A DNA stretch of 64,000 bases from an uncultured Acidobacteriaceae bacterium. Lineage in GTDB: Bacteria; Acidobacteriota; Terriglobia; Terriglobales; Acidobacteriaceae. The DNA lies in the NCBI GenBank assembly GCA_963776265.1, contig CAVZMD010000012.1, positions 37,351 to 101,350 on the forward strand, read 5' to 3'. Below are positions 1 to 10,089 of this stretch, piece by piece (positions within the stretch are counted from its first letter, which is position 1; each line of letters opens with the position of its first letter). Made by a program: the position numbers and the translations under genes. The notes beneath the pieces are model-generated. The model did not search any database. It was not told the origin of the DNA and saw only the letters and a program-made list of their open reading frames with translations.

Positions 1-697
1 GAGATTCACCGGCTGCAGCCGGTGCTCGAGGAGAAGCTGTACACGGCGCTCGAGGACTACCAGATGGACATCATCATCGGGCAGGGACCGAGCGCGCGCA
101 CGCACACGCTGGAGCTGAAGCCGTTCACGCTGGTGGGCGCGACGACGCGGCCGGGGCTGCTGAGCTCGCCGCTGCGGTCGCGGTTCGGGATCCTGCTGCG
201 GCTGGAGTTCTACACCGAGGATGAGCTGCGGTTCATCGTGGAGCGCTCGGCCGAGGTGCTCGAAGGTGCCGATCGATGAGGATGGAGCGGCGGAGATTGC
301 GATGCGCTCGCGCGGAACGCCGAGGATTGCGAACCGGCTGCTGCGGCGGGTGCGGGACTTTGCCGAGGTGCGCGCGGCGGGGAAGATCGACCGCGAGACG
401 GCGATGCGGGCGCTGGAGCTGCTGGAGGTCGACGCGCATGGGTTCGATGAGCTCGACCGTCGGCTGCTGCGGACGATTATTGAGAAGTACGATGGCGGGC
501 CGGTGGGGCTGAATACGCTGGCGGCGGCGCTGGCGGAGGAGCAGGATGCGCTCGAGGAGGTGTACGAGCCGTTCCTGATCCAGATCGGTTTCCTGGACCG
601 GACGCCGCGCGGGCGGGTGGCGACGCGGCTGGCGTATGAGCACCTGGGGATCGAGATGCCGCGGCGGAATGCGGCGAGCGGGACGCTGTTCGGGTAG
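1..697 (+). CDS. ruvB: Holliday junction branch migration helicase RuvB (5' part outside window; frameshift ~270)
   Basis: [77 protein letters not shown] across two frames. Confidence 0.97.
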
Positions 698-700
698 GAC

Positions 701-722
701 AGAGATTAGAGATTTAGAGATC
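701..722 (+). repeat. AGAGAT(C/T) heptamer tandem repeat
   Basis: agagatt-agagattt-agagatc; same unit at 45905-45933 and 47993-48024. Confidence 0.6.
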
Positions 723-735
723 ACGGGACCGGTAA

Positions 736-794
736 CCCCTCTCCCTGTCACTTTTTGCGCAAAGTCTTCAGGAGATTGGACTGAGGAGGGGACT
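736..794 (+). repeat. Dispersed 59-bp intergenic repeat, copy 1 (TTTTTGCGCAAAGTCTTCA core)
   Basis: Ungapped alignment to 51265-51323, 47/59 identical by hand count. Confidence 0.8.
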
Positions 795-863
795 CTATCG
801 CCATGGTCGGTTCGCATGCGAAAATGTTCGTTCTTGCCGGTCAAGAGTTGCGTAATAGCTGAC

Positions 864-2009
864 ATGAGTCAAGATGTGCTTCGAGTTCGCCGTTACAGGA
901 GCGTGACCCGTTCCACAGCCTTCGCCGCGTTGCTTGCGCTTGGATGCCGGCCCTTGCTCGCGCAGGACATTGCCGGGACGTGGCAGGGGGCGTTTGAGGC
1001 GGGTAAAGACCAGCGGATCGTCGTGAAGATTACGAAGGACAGTGGTGCGGGATGGCAAGGGGTGGTGTACAGCCTGGACTCGAACAGGGCTTTCGAGGGG
1101 CGGGTGACGACGCAGATGAGTTTGCAGGGCGCGGAGCTGCGGTTTGTGATTGCGCCGATTGACAGCAGCTACCAGGGCAAGCTGAGCGCGGACGGGACGA
1201 CCCTTACAGGGACGTGGACGCAGAGCGGCACGGCCCATTCGCTCAACCTGGCGCGGGTGAGCGGAGACGCGGTGTGGGAGATTCCCAAAGCTGACGCGGC
1301 GATGGCGAAGGACGCGGACCCGGACTGGGATGTGGTGACGGTGAAGGCGAGGGACCGGAGCGAGACGAACAACACCGAGAGTACGAGCATGCAGGGTCGG
1401 CAACTTGTGATTGCGAACAGGACGGTGGAGGGGATGCTGCGGTTTGGCTACGGCGTGCAGAAGAGTCAGATAGTGGGCGCGCCGGAATGGATAGAGACGG
1501 AACGATGGGATGTGCAGGGACTGCCGGACGTGCCCGGGCAACCGAGCCTGAGGCAGACGCAGAGCCTGATCCGGAAGCTGCTGGCGGAGCGGTTCGGGCT
1601 GAAGCTGCACAGGGAGACCAAGGAGTTGTCGGTGTATGCGATTACCGTGGCCAAGGGTGGAGAGAAGATGGCCAGGAGCGCGGGCGATCCGAACGGCACA
1701 CCGGATGAGAACGAGCGTTCGAACGGCGGCGTGGTGACGATGAGAATGACGAATATGTCGATGAGTGAGTTCGCGCCGGATCTGGGGTACTTTCTGGGCC
1801 GGCCGGCGGTGGACCAGACGGGGCTGACGGGACGATACGACTTCCAGTTGAAGTGGACCGCGGATGAGACGCACGCGCCTACGGACGGCAGCGCACCGCC
1901 GGGATTGTTTACGGCGATTCAGGAACAGATCGGGCTGAAGCTGGAGCCGGTGAAGGCGCAGACTGAGGTGCTGGTGGTGGATGCGGTGGAGCGGCCTTCG
2001 GCGAATTGA
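864..2009 (+). CDS. TIGR03435-family (soil-associated) secreted protein with N-terminal beta domain
   Basis: Signal peptide, QDIAGTWQG; LLAERFGLKLHRETKE, RPAVDQTGLTGRYDFQLKW, LFTAIQEQIGLKLEP..VLVVDAVERPSAN. Confidence 0.9.
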   Translation: MSQDVLRVRRYRSVTRSTAFAALLALGCRPLLAQDIAGTWQGAFEAGKDQRIVVKITKDSGAGWQGVVYSLDSNRAFEGRVTTQMSLQGAELRFVIAPIDSSYQGKLSADGTTLTGTWTQSGTAHSLNLARVSGDAVWEIPKADAAMAKDADPDWDVVTVKARDRSETNNTESTSMQGRQLVIANRTVEGMLRFGYGVQKSQIVGAPEWIETERWDVQGLPDVPGQPSLRQTQSLIRKLLAERFGLKLHRETKELSVYAITVAKGGEKMARSAGDPNGTPDENERSNGGVVTMRMTNMSMSEFAPDLGYFLGRPAVDQTGLTGRYDFQLKWTADETHAPTDGSAPPGLFTAIQEQIGLKLEPVKAQTEVLVVDAVERPSAN

Positions 2010-2251
2010 AGGCGGCGCGCGTGGGCCTTGAGAGGGTAGCTGGCCAGAGCAGCAGGAGGAGCTGGCGGGCTGGCTCCGGCGTAAGGGACTGGCCCGGCGC
2101 GGCTTAGAGCCGCTCTTGAGTTCTCTTTGAAAGATGCCGAGGCCAGCTTTCCCAATGGACGGCTCGCGCGTAGACGGACCCGACCGAAGTCTTCCCAGAA
2201 ATCTTTTCTGCACACCCGGCGTTCTTCGGCCCCAAGAATGGCCGCCGCCAT

Positions 2252-3629
2252 TTGCTGCTCTCGCAAGACAAGGAGTCGTGCAATGGTAGCGGCCGCAAGC
2301 AGCCAGCAGACACGCGCACCTTAGCGATGGTCGCCTTCTCGGCGACGGGGGGTGCGTTCATTGAGTATTACGATTTCTTTATCTACGGGTACGCAGCGGG
2401 CACTGCGTTGTCCGGCGATATTCTTTCCCAGGTTGCCGATGCCTACCGAGGCACTCCTGTTCTCTTTCCTGGCTTTCGGTGCGGGGTTCCCAGCACGCTT
2501 ATTAGGGGCCTTCCTGTTTGGCCGACTTCGGCGATCGCGCCGGACGTAAGTTCACATTCCTGGTCAGACATCATCCTTGTGGGAGCCGCCACCTGCTTAA
2601 CCGGCCGTCCGTGCCGGGCTATGCGACGGTAAGGAATCGCCGCCCCGATCCTTCTTGTAGTGCTGCGAATCGTGCAGGGGAATCGGAATGGGGGGTGAAG
2701 GTTTGGAGGCGCGTCTTCTTTGCTTGCCGAATTTGCTGCGCAGCGAACCCGAAGGGCGTTCTGGATGTCGCTGGCGAGCCTGGGCGTTCCTTTGGGCTCT
2801 ATAAGTGCCAGCGTTGTCCTGCTGATGATGAGTAAGACGTTCGCAACCTCCGGCTGGCGGGTAGCAATGCTGCTCTCAGCGATGATCGTGATTCCGGCAC
2901 GGCTGGCACGCTACAGAAAGTTGCCGACAGCCCGCTATTCGAGCAGCTCAAACAAACTGACAAGCTCGCTCCGCTGCCCAGCTTCGGTGTTCTGAAGCAC
3001 CACTCTGGTTCCGTGATTCTCCTGGCCCTGGTTGTGGCCTTCGTTTCCATGGACGGATATGTGGCGGGAACGTACTTTATCTCGTTCATGCGCTTTGCCG
3101 GTATTCCGTTGGCAACTACCGCCGCGATCATGATCGTTAGCAGGGCCGGAAGTTTTCTAGGCGTACTTGCCAGCGGGCCCGTTGCTGACTTCTGCAAGCG
3201 AAGAGTCGCCGCGTACCTCGCGATCGGGCTGACAACTCTGCTCTCCTATCCCCTTGCATTGGCTGTTCTGAGCAAGAGCATCGCGATAGTGATCCTCATG
3301 GAGACCCTTGTTCATCTTTTTGAGGAGTGGGGATATTGCTGGGGCTCGCGCCGACCCTGGCGTGTGAGAGCTTTCCGACAAAATTCAGATACTCCGGAAC
3401 CGGAATCTCCTTCAACCTCGCTGGCGTTCTGGGCGGCATGATCGCGCCGTCGCTGTTGGCGGGACTGGTGGGACATGATGTCTTTCATAAGTGGTATTAC
3501 ATCCCGGTCATCTATGGCATTTACTGTGCCGTTGCCATGATTGCACTGCGATTCATACGGGAAACCCGCGACCTGAAGTTAGAGGATCTCGATCAGGCCG
3601 ACCCAGTTTTGCGCACGGTACGAGCATGA
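2252..3629 (+). pseudogene. MFS transporter (MHS/metabolite:H+ symporter-like) broken by multiple frameshifts
   Basis: GAFIEYYDFFIYG, FGDRAGRK, LAEFA, ESFPTKFRYSGTGISFNLAGVLGG spread over at least five frame segments; sequencing error or decay. Confidence 0.8.
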
Positions 3630-3717
3630 TTGCCGCAGGGCTCAACAGGGCGAGTGACCTGCGATCAGCTAGTGAGATATGGCGCGGGGTGTGAAAGGCG
3701 GTCGCGCGCTACCACGC

Positions 3718-3770
3718 GCGATGCCCACCTTAGCGCACGATAAAACTGTGCGCGAAGATGGGGCACCCGG
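3718..3770. repeat. REP-like palindromic repeat family A, copy 1
   Basis: GCGATGCCCACCTTAGCGCACGATAAAACTGTGCGCGAAGATGGGGCACCCGG; 52/53 identical to 7230-7282; nested hairpin. Confidence 0.9.
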
Positions 3771-3817
3771 CGATTTCCGGCCTAGTGACTAGCGAACGTG
3801 CACTGGATCCGATAACG

Positions 3818-3905
3818 ACAAATACAGGGGTCTCTCCACTCCGGCACTGCGTGCCTCCGGTCGAGATGACACGGTTTGGGGCACTGCGTGCACAGTCGAG
3901 GTGAC
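3818..3905. repeat. REP-like palindromic element ending in GTCGAGATGAC, with a partial second unit
   Basis: ACAAATACAGGGGTCTCTCCACTCCGGCACTGCGTGCCTCCGGTCGAGATGAC, then GCACTGCGTGCACAGTCGAGGTGAC; lies between convergent genes. Confidence 0.7.
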
Positions 3906-3917
3906 AGACGTCGGTGG

Positions 3918-4925
3918 TTATTTGCCGGTGGGTTTGGTGGCGGCTGGTTTCGGGGTTTCGGCGGGGGTTGCGGGAGGGGTGGGGGCGACGTAGGGTGGGG
4001 GCGGTTGGACGCCCTGGGCGCGGAGGGCGTCGTCGATCTCGCCGAAGAGGAAGTCCAGCGGGACGGCGCCGTCGATCTTGTCGCCGTTGATGAAGAGGGT
4101 GGGCGTGGAGTCGATGTTGAGGGACTCGCCGACCTTCTTTGAGGCCTCGATGGAGGAGGCGTCCTGCTTGGTGAGGCAGGCTTCGAGCTTGGGCATGTCG
4201 GCCTTCTGGAACTGGCCCTGCTCTTTGGTGAGCTTGTCGAGTTGCTCGGTGGCGCGGGGGAGGGTTTTGTCGGCCTTGGGGTCCTTGGGATCGGCGCCGA
4301 TGTCGGAGGCGTGGGCGTGGATGTAGTCGACGAGGTTCCAGTAGCCGGTGGGCGATTGGGCGCCGAGGCAGTTTACGTCGACGGCGGCGCGGAGCGCCCA
4401 GGGGTGCTGGTCGAGCGGGAAGTCCTTGTAGACGATGCGGACCTTGTCGCCGTAGCGCTGGGTGATGGCGGGGAAGATGGCTTCATGCAGGCGGGCGCAG
4501 TAGGGGCATTCGAGGTCGTCAAAGCCGACGATGATGACGGGCGCGGAGGCGGGGCCGCCGCGGGAGGGGCGGCCGTCGGCGGCGATCATGGTGCGGGGGT
4601 CGGCGGCGAGGTCGTACTTGGAGAACTGCGCGAGGGTCTTGCCGTCTTTGGAGAGCAGGAAGTTGACGGGCTTGGAGGTCTTGCCTTCGGCGCTGAAGCT
4701 GACGGAGATGTTGTCGTAGCCGGGAATCTCGGAGGGCTCGCGCGGGCCGAGGTGCACGGAGGAGCCGGGAGGAAGGTTGGCCTTCTGGCGGAGGAGGACC
4801 TCGACGCGGTGCTGCTCGGCGGGCGTGAGCTGTGCGCCGGGGGCGGGAGATTGCGCGTGGCAGCCGAGCGTGGCGAGGGTCAGGGCGAGGAGGGTCGTGG
4901 CGAGGGAGGAAGGGAGAAAACGCAC
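3918..4925 (-). CDS. DsbA-family thioredoxin-fold oxidoreductase, secreted or lipoprotein
   Basis: Signal with LGC; FDDLECPYC active site; YKDFPL; STPTLFING cis-Pro loop. Confidence 0.9.
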   Translation of the reverse strand: MRFLPSSLATTLLALTLATLGCHAQSPAPGAQLTPAEQHRVEVLLRQKANLPPGSSVHLGPREPSEIPGYDNISVSFSAEGKTSKPVNFLLSKDGKTLAQFSKYDLAADPRTMIAADGRPSRGGPASAPVIIVGFDDLECPYCARLHEAIFPAITQRYGDKVRIVYKDFPLDQHPWALRAAVDVNCLGAQSPTGYWNLVDYIHAHASDIGADPKDPKADKTLPRATEQLDKLTKEQGQFQKADMPKLEACLTKQDASSIEASKKVGESLNIDSTPTLFINGDKIDGAVPLDFLFGEIDDALRAQGVQPPPPYVAPTPPATPAETPKPAATKPTGK

Positions 4926-5016
4926 AGTTTGATTATCGCATTCTGACGAGTCGACACACGGGTGGAGCAGTTGGCGGCTCCCTCAACCGCGATCTCCGGA
5001 AGCAATTTTGACGATG

Positions 5017-5050
5017 TAAAAAGGGAGGCAGACCATGCCCATCTGCCTCC
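5017..5050 (-). terminator. Intrinsic terminator of the ferritin-like gene pair
   Basis: GGAGGCAGA...TCTGCCTCC stem followed by a T-run on the minus strand. Confidence 0.7.
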
Positions 5051-5071
5051 GTGGACAAACTTCAGCAGGTG

Positions 5072-6088
5072 CTATTTCACATTTCCGTTGAGGCCTGCGG
5101 GGAAGAAGCCGCCTTTGCCCGAGCCGCCAGCGTAGACAATTGCGAGCACCTGCTGCGCAGTTCGCGCGAAGACCATCGAGCCAGCGGTGCCGCTGGATCC
5201 CGCAGCGTTGATGGAGCCGGTTGTCGTGGCGTTCACAATCGCGGAGGCCGTTACGTTCGCGGTCCCGTTGAGCTTAACTTGCTGTGTGCCGAGGCCGATG
5301 TCATCGCCGTCCGTCATCGTGGAGGAGATCTTGTTGGTTCCATCCACCGTGGCGCGCAGTTTGGAGATCGCCGCTGCAACGGCGGTTGCGGTGCCCGCCG
5401 GACCCAACGTGGTGCTGGATTGATCGAGCCCATAGATTACGGTGCGCACGAGGCCGGCGTGATAGGCCTCGACACCCTGGATCCCGGCGGCGGCATCGAG
5501 ATTGCTGCTCGAAGTGAGATTGGGAGCTGCACCCGTGTAGGCGGTGACGCCGACGTCCTCGAAGATGTAGGCGCCGAGGAGAAAGTGAATGTCGTCTGCG
5601 AAGGGATCGAACGAGGTGAGTCCGAGGCCGAGCAGACCGGCGAGTGTGTTGAAGCTGTTGTAGAGGTCGATCGAGGGCTGTGCGACGGCGGAAGATCCGA
5701 GCGCGCCGCGAAGGAATTTCACGTGATTGCGTTCCTCGGTGGCGATCTCCTGCGCGTAGCTCTGCACGAGCGTGTTGGTGAAGGGAACCTTGCACGCGGA
5801 AGGGCCGCCGCTCTTCACCGTGACCGTGCCCTGCGTGCCGGTGCCGGTGAGCCCGAGGCCCATCTGGTCGATGGTCTGGCCGCTGGCGGCGAGTGTGTAG
5901 AACTCGGCCTCGAGATATTCGAGATTGAGCGCGAAGTTGAGGTAGTCGGCGTCGGTGAGTGTCGTTGACTGTGCCTCGGCCATTGATGAAAGGGCAAGTC
6001 CTGCGAGTGCGGCTCCGCCGAGGGTCAGCATGCGCCGCCGGCTGCTCGTAATCACTTCGTCCAAGTGTTGTGTCTCTTGTGTTGGCAT
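5072..6088 (-). CDS. Ferritin-like domain protein (Ferritin_2/desiccation-related type), Tat-like signal
   Basis: SRRRML; DADYLNFALNLEYLEAEFY; EERNHVKFLR; FEDVGVTAY; VEAYHAG. Confidence 0.9.
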   Translation of the reverse strand: MPTQETQHLDEVITSSRRRMLTLGGAALAGLALSSMAEAQSTTLTDADYLNFALNLEYLEAEFYTLAASGQTIDQMGLGLTGTGTQGTVTVKSGGPSACKVPFTNTLVQSYAQEIATEERNHVKFLRGALGSSAVAQPSIDLYNSFNTLAGLLGLGLTSFDPFADDIHFLLGAYIFEDVGVTAYTGAAPNLTSSSNLDAAAGIQGVEAYHAGLVRTVIYGLDQSSTTLGPAGTATAVAAAISKLRATVDGTNKISSTMTDGDDIGLGTQQVKLNGTANVTASAIVNATTTGSINAAGSSGTAGSMVFARTAQQVLAIVYAGGSGKGGFFPAGLNGNVK

Positions 6089-6101
6089 GTTGTTCCCCTC
6101 G

Positions 6102-7001
6102 CTAGGCTTGTGTCACGCTGATGTTGCCGTTCAATCCGCTGGGGAAGAACGTTCCGCTCTTGACGCCCGCGCCGCCGCCGGTGCCGTAGACGATGTGGAG
6201 TACCTGGTCGGTGGTGCGCTCGAAGCCGATGGAGTTGGTGGAGTCTGCGGCGACGATGCCGGTGGCGCTGAGTGTCGTCTCGTTGCCTCCGCCGAGCATG
6301 GAGCGCACGTTCTCGACGGCGTTCGCTGTAGAGATCGCAGTTGCGCCGGCAGCCACGATCTGCGAGCGAATGGAAGCGGCGTGATAGGCCTCGACCGCAT
6401 GAATTTCGGCGGCGGCGGTGAGGTTGGTTTTGCTGGTGAGCAGCTTCGCGGCGCCGTGGTATGCGGTTACGCCGACGTCTTCGAAGATGAAGGCGCCGAT
6501 CAGAAAATTACCGTAGCTCGCAAACGGATTGAAGCTGCTGCCGAGCCCGGCGGCGCTGGCGAGTACGTTGAAGCTGGCGGTCAGGTCGATTGCCGGAGCT
6601 GCGACTGCGGAGCTGGCGAGCGCATTGCGAAGAAAGCGCACATGATCGAGTTCGTTTTGCGCGATCTCGTTGACGTACTGCGTTTGCAGGCTGGACATGC
6701 CCGGAACCTGGCTGCCGCCAGTGGTCTTGCTGGTGGAGTTTCCGGTGTCGGTAGAGGCCAATCCGCTGCCGGTTGCGGCGCGCAGGTAGAACTCCGCCTC
6801 GAGATATTCGAGGTTGAGGGCGAAGTTGAGGTAGTCGGCATCGGTGAGCGTCGTTGTTCCGCCGCCGCCACCGCCGGTGGTTGTACCGTCGTTTCCGCAT
6901 CCTGCGATGAGCGTCGTACTTGCCGCTGTGGCTACGGTCGCGACACAAAATCCGCGCCGCGACATGCCTCCGCCTGTGAGTTCCCTGATTCTCTGCTTCA
7001 C
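6102..7001 (-). CDS. Ferritin-like domain protein paralog, predicted Tat lipoprotein
   Basis: SRRGF...IAGC lipobox; NFALNLEYLEAEFY; NELDHVRFLR; FEDVGVTAY; VEAYHAA. Start is GTG 7001 or ATG 6965. Confidence 0.88.
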   Translation of the reverse strand: MKQRIRELTGGGMSRRGFCVATVATAASTTLIAGCGNDGTTTGGGGGGTTTLTDADYLNFALNLEYLEAEFYLRAATGSGLASTDTGNSTSKTTGGSQVPGMSSLQTQYVNEIAQNELDHVRFLRNALASSAVAAPAIDLTASFNVLASAAGLGSSFNPFASYGNFLIGAFIFEDVGVTAYHGAAKLLTSKTNLTAAAEIHAVEAYHAASIRSQIVAAGATAISTANAVENVRSMLGGGNETTLSATGIVAADSTNSIGFERTTDQVLHIVYGTGGGAGVKSGTFFPSGLNGNISVTQA

Positions 7002-7229
7002 GATGATCGTCTCCCGGGGCACGTCTGAAATGCGATACCCGGGATGTGTACGCAGCGTCTGCTGAGACCGGATTGGAGCGAGTCTCAGAAGAAAACGATC
7101 TTCAAGTGCTGCGCACAATCGAGGATTTTTTGTGCGTGGGATCGCCGGGAATGTCTTGCGTTACAGGCAACGTGAGGGCGTTGTCTTCATTTCTGGTTGC
7201 GCGGGAGGATGAGGGTCGCCGGCTACCGT

Positions 7230-7282
7230 GCGATGCCCACCTTAGCGCACGATAAAACCGTGCGCGAAGATGGGGCACCCGG
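7230..7282. repeat. REP-like palindromic repeat family A, copy 2
   Basis: Near-identical to 3718-3770. Confidence 0.9.
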
Positions 7283-7300
7283 ATCTTGGCGGCCGGAGCG

Positions 7301-9959
7301 CTAGAAGAGGCGTTCGGCGCGGCGGAGGTTGCCGGCGCTGCCGATGTTGGCGAGGGTGAGGTTGAAGCGGTAGGCGTTCTCGTTGCGGACGGCGCCGAGC
7401 TCGTACTTGCGGTACTCGACGGAGAGGCCGCAGCAGTTCCAGTTGTAGTTGGCCTGGATGGCGGCGTACTGGAACTGCCCGAGATTGACGTCGATGCCGG
7501 CGTTGGCAGCGACGGCGAGGCCGGGGCGATTGGGGTCGCCGAAGCCGCCGAGCACGCGCATCTGGCGGAAGTTCGAGGTGGGCGAGGAGATCAGGGTCTC
7601 CTGATCGTTGTTATTGGTGTCGATGGTCTCGGTGGCGAAGCGGCCGGGAGCCTGGAGCAGAGCGTAGGAGACACCGCCGAAGAGCCGGCCCTTGCGCGCG
7701 TCGAGGAAGACGTTGGAGCTGGTGAACCGGGAGGCGCCGGTGTCGTAGTCGAAGTCCCACTCAAGGTCGGTGTGGCCGGAGGTGCGGAGACGCATGCGGG
7801 AGATGAGCGGCGAGATGTTGCGCGGTTCGGTGAGGAACGCGATGCCGGAGAGCGAGAGCGTGGTGTCGAAGATGTTGCGGCGTGAGGTGACGACGGCGCC
7901 GCCGAAGTGGGGGTCGAAGAAGTAGCGCTGGGTGAGACGCCAGGAGAACCACTCCTGCTGGGTGGGTGCGACGGGTTGATTGCACTCGTCGACTTTGGCG
8001 TGGGTGCGTGTGGGTAACTCGGGCGCCTGTGCGGAGGCGTCGGGGATGCCGTTGGCGTCGGTGCTCTGGTCGGGCGTGGGGTTCAGGACGTCGGGGAGCT
8101 CGGGCGGGGCGGAGGTCTGCGAGAGCTGGATACCGCCGGTGGTGAGCGTGGCGGAGGTGGTGGGGCAGCCGGGCTTCGGCTTGATGGGCTTTGCCTTGGG
8201 GCGGAAGTAGAGGTGTTGCGTGACGCCGTACTCGAGCTCGTTGGTGTCGGAGACGAGGTCGACGTCGTCGAAGCGAAGGATGGAGAGGAAGTTGTGAATG
8301 CCGTGAGTGTTGGCGTAGGTGATCTCGGGCTCGACGGTGTGGCGGACCTCGGTGCCGAGGAAGTTCTGAAAGCGCTCGGGAACGTGGAAGGTGCGCTCGA
8401 TGATGGGTGGACGGATGTCGATGTTTACATCAACGGCGGCGCGGTTGACGGGGTCAGTGGATTCGAGTGGCGGCTGACCGGGCGTGTAGGGGGTGATGCG
8501 CGAGCGGGTGTAGAAGGTTTCGCGGGCGGCGACGGAGGCGAGCATGTACCAGCCGTCACCGTGGAGCGGAAGAGAGAGCTGGGGGCGGAGATCGAGGCGC
8601 TCGATGATGCCGGACGAGGTGAAATTGGGTTGCGAGCGCTTGAGGCCAGACATGGAGCCGGTGAGGCTGAAGAGGAGAGGGATGCCCCCGAAGGGGCGGT
8701 CGACGGAGGTGAATTCGAGCGAGGGGACGTGGAGGATGTGGACCTGCTCGCCGGGTGAGGTGCCAACGGGGACGCGCTTGAGGCCCTGGTAGCGCTCGGC
8801 GAGAACGTCCATGGAGACGCCCTTGTCCTGGTTGGTGAAGTAGCCGATGGAGGTGATGTCGGAGCTGACGGCCTGGTTGAAGTTTTCGGTGAAGGCCTCG
8901 CGGTAGACGTAGGAGCTGAGGTATTCGAGGTCGCCGACGACGCGGGAGGTGGGGGTGACCTGCTTGCGGAAGGCGGCGGTGACGTCCTCACCACCCTGGT
9001 TGGTGTAGGTGCCGCCGGGCGGCGTGAAGCCGCGGTCCTGCAGGGCGGAGAAGTGGGACTGGAAGAAGTCTTCGCCGGCGCCTCGGCCGCGGAAGGTGGC
9101 GGACTCGGCCCATCCGCGGAGGGAGTAGTACTGGAGGCCGAGGGTGAGGTCGGCGGAGCGCCCGAGGGTGATGTAGACCTCCTCGCCGATGATCCAGCCC
9201 TTGGTGCTGGACTGGCCAAGGACGGGGATAAGGATGCCGCTCTGGCGCTGCTCGGAGTTGACGGGGTGCGTGGCGTAGGGGAGGAAGAAGAGCGGGAGGC
9301 CGAAGAGACGAAAGACGGTGCCGGTGGCGCGGGCCTGGTCCTCGTTGAGCCAGAGATGGGCGGAGGTGAGGAGCCAGTCGGGTCGCGGGAGGAGGCAGGA
9401 GGTGACGGAGCCGTCGTAGACGTCGTAGGTGCGCGGGCCGGTTTTGACGACGACTTTGCCGGCGAAGAGGAAAGGGGTTGGGCGTGACGAGCCCGGTTCT
9501 GCCGGAGGGTGTGGCGACCATGGCGGAGCCGTGCAGGCCGATGGAACCGTTGACGTCGTAGAAGCGGCCGGTGCCGGTCTTGATGTTGTAGGTGCCGTGC
9601 GAGGCGGCGATGTACTCGTCGTTTTCGCCGCCGGTGAGGCGGACGTGGCCGGTGGCGGTGATGTCGTGAGTGTCCTCGTCGTAGGAGATGTTGTCGGCGC
9701 GGAGGAGGTGGTTGGTGTAGGTGACCTCGACGTTGCCGGAGAGGAGATAGACGCTGCCGCGTTTGGATTGCGTGTCGGCGTTCCAGGAGACGATGTCCGG
9801 GGCCTTTTCGGGAGGAAGCGGGGTGGCGCGCGGGATAGAGGAGAGGTCAGGCTCTGGCGCAGAGGGGAGAGGTGCCGGATTCGACACCTGTGCGATGACG
9901 AGATGTGGATGAACAGCAAGAGGGCCGATGATAGATAAGAACAGGAAGGCTCGGCACAT
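7301..9959 (-). CDS. lptD: LPS-assembly protein LptD (frameshift ~9480)
   Basis: N-terminal jellyroll (GNVEVTYTNHLLRADNISYD), TSC motif, RQSGILIP, C-terminal YNWNCCGLSVEYRKY..FNLTLANIG. Confidence 0.92.
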
Positions 9960-10089
9960 TCGCGAACGCCAACGCACCCTCGAACGATCCTGAAATGGGA
10001 GTATGGCGCCGCGAGTCACAGACTTCAGGTTAGACGATGGACAGCGCGCGGAGTTGTGGCGCGTGCAATGAGTAACGAGGCTTTGGGAA

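Noticed and set aside
2020-2130. Possible gene remnant (EELAGWLRRKGL)
   Set aside because: Too short and no recognisable family.
3700-3910. CRISPR array
   Set aside because: No regularly spaced identical repeats with unique spacers and no cas genes; the elements are REP-like hairpins.
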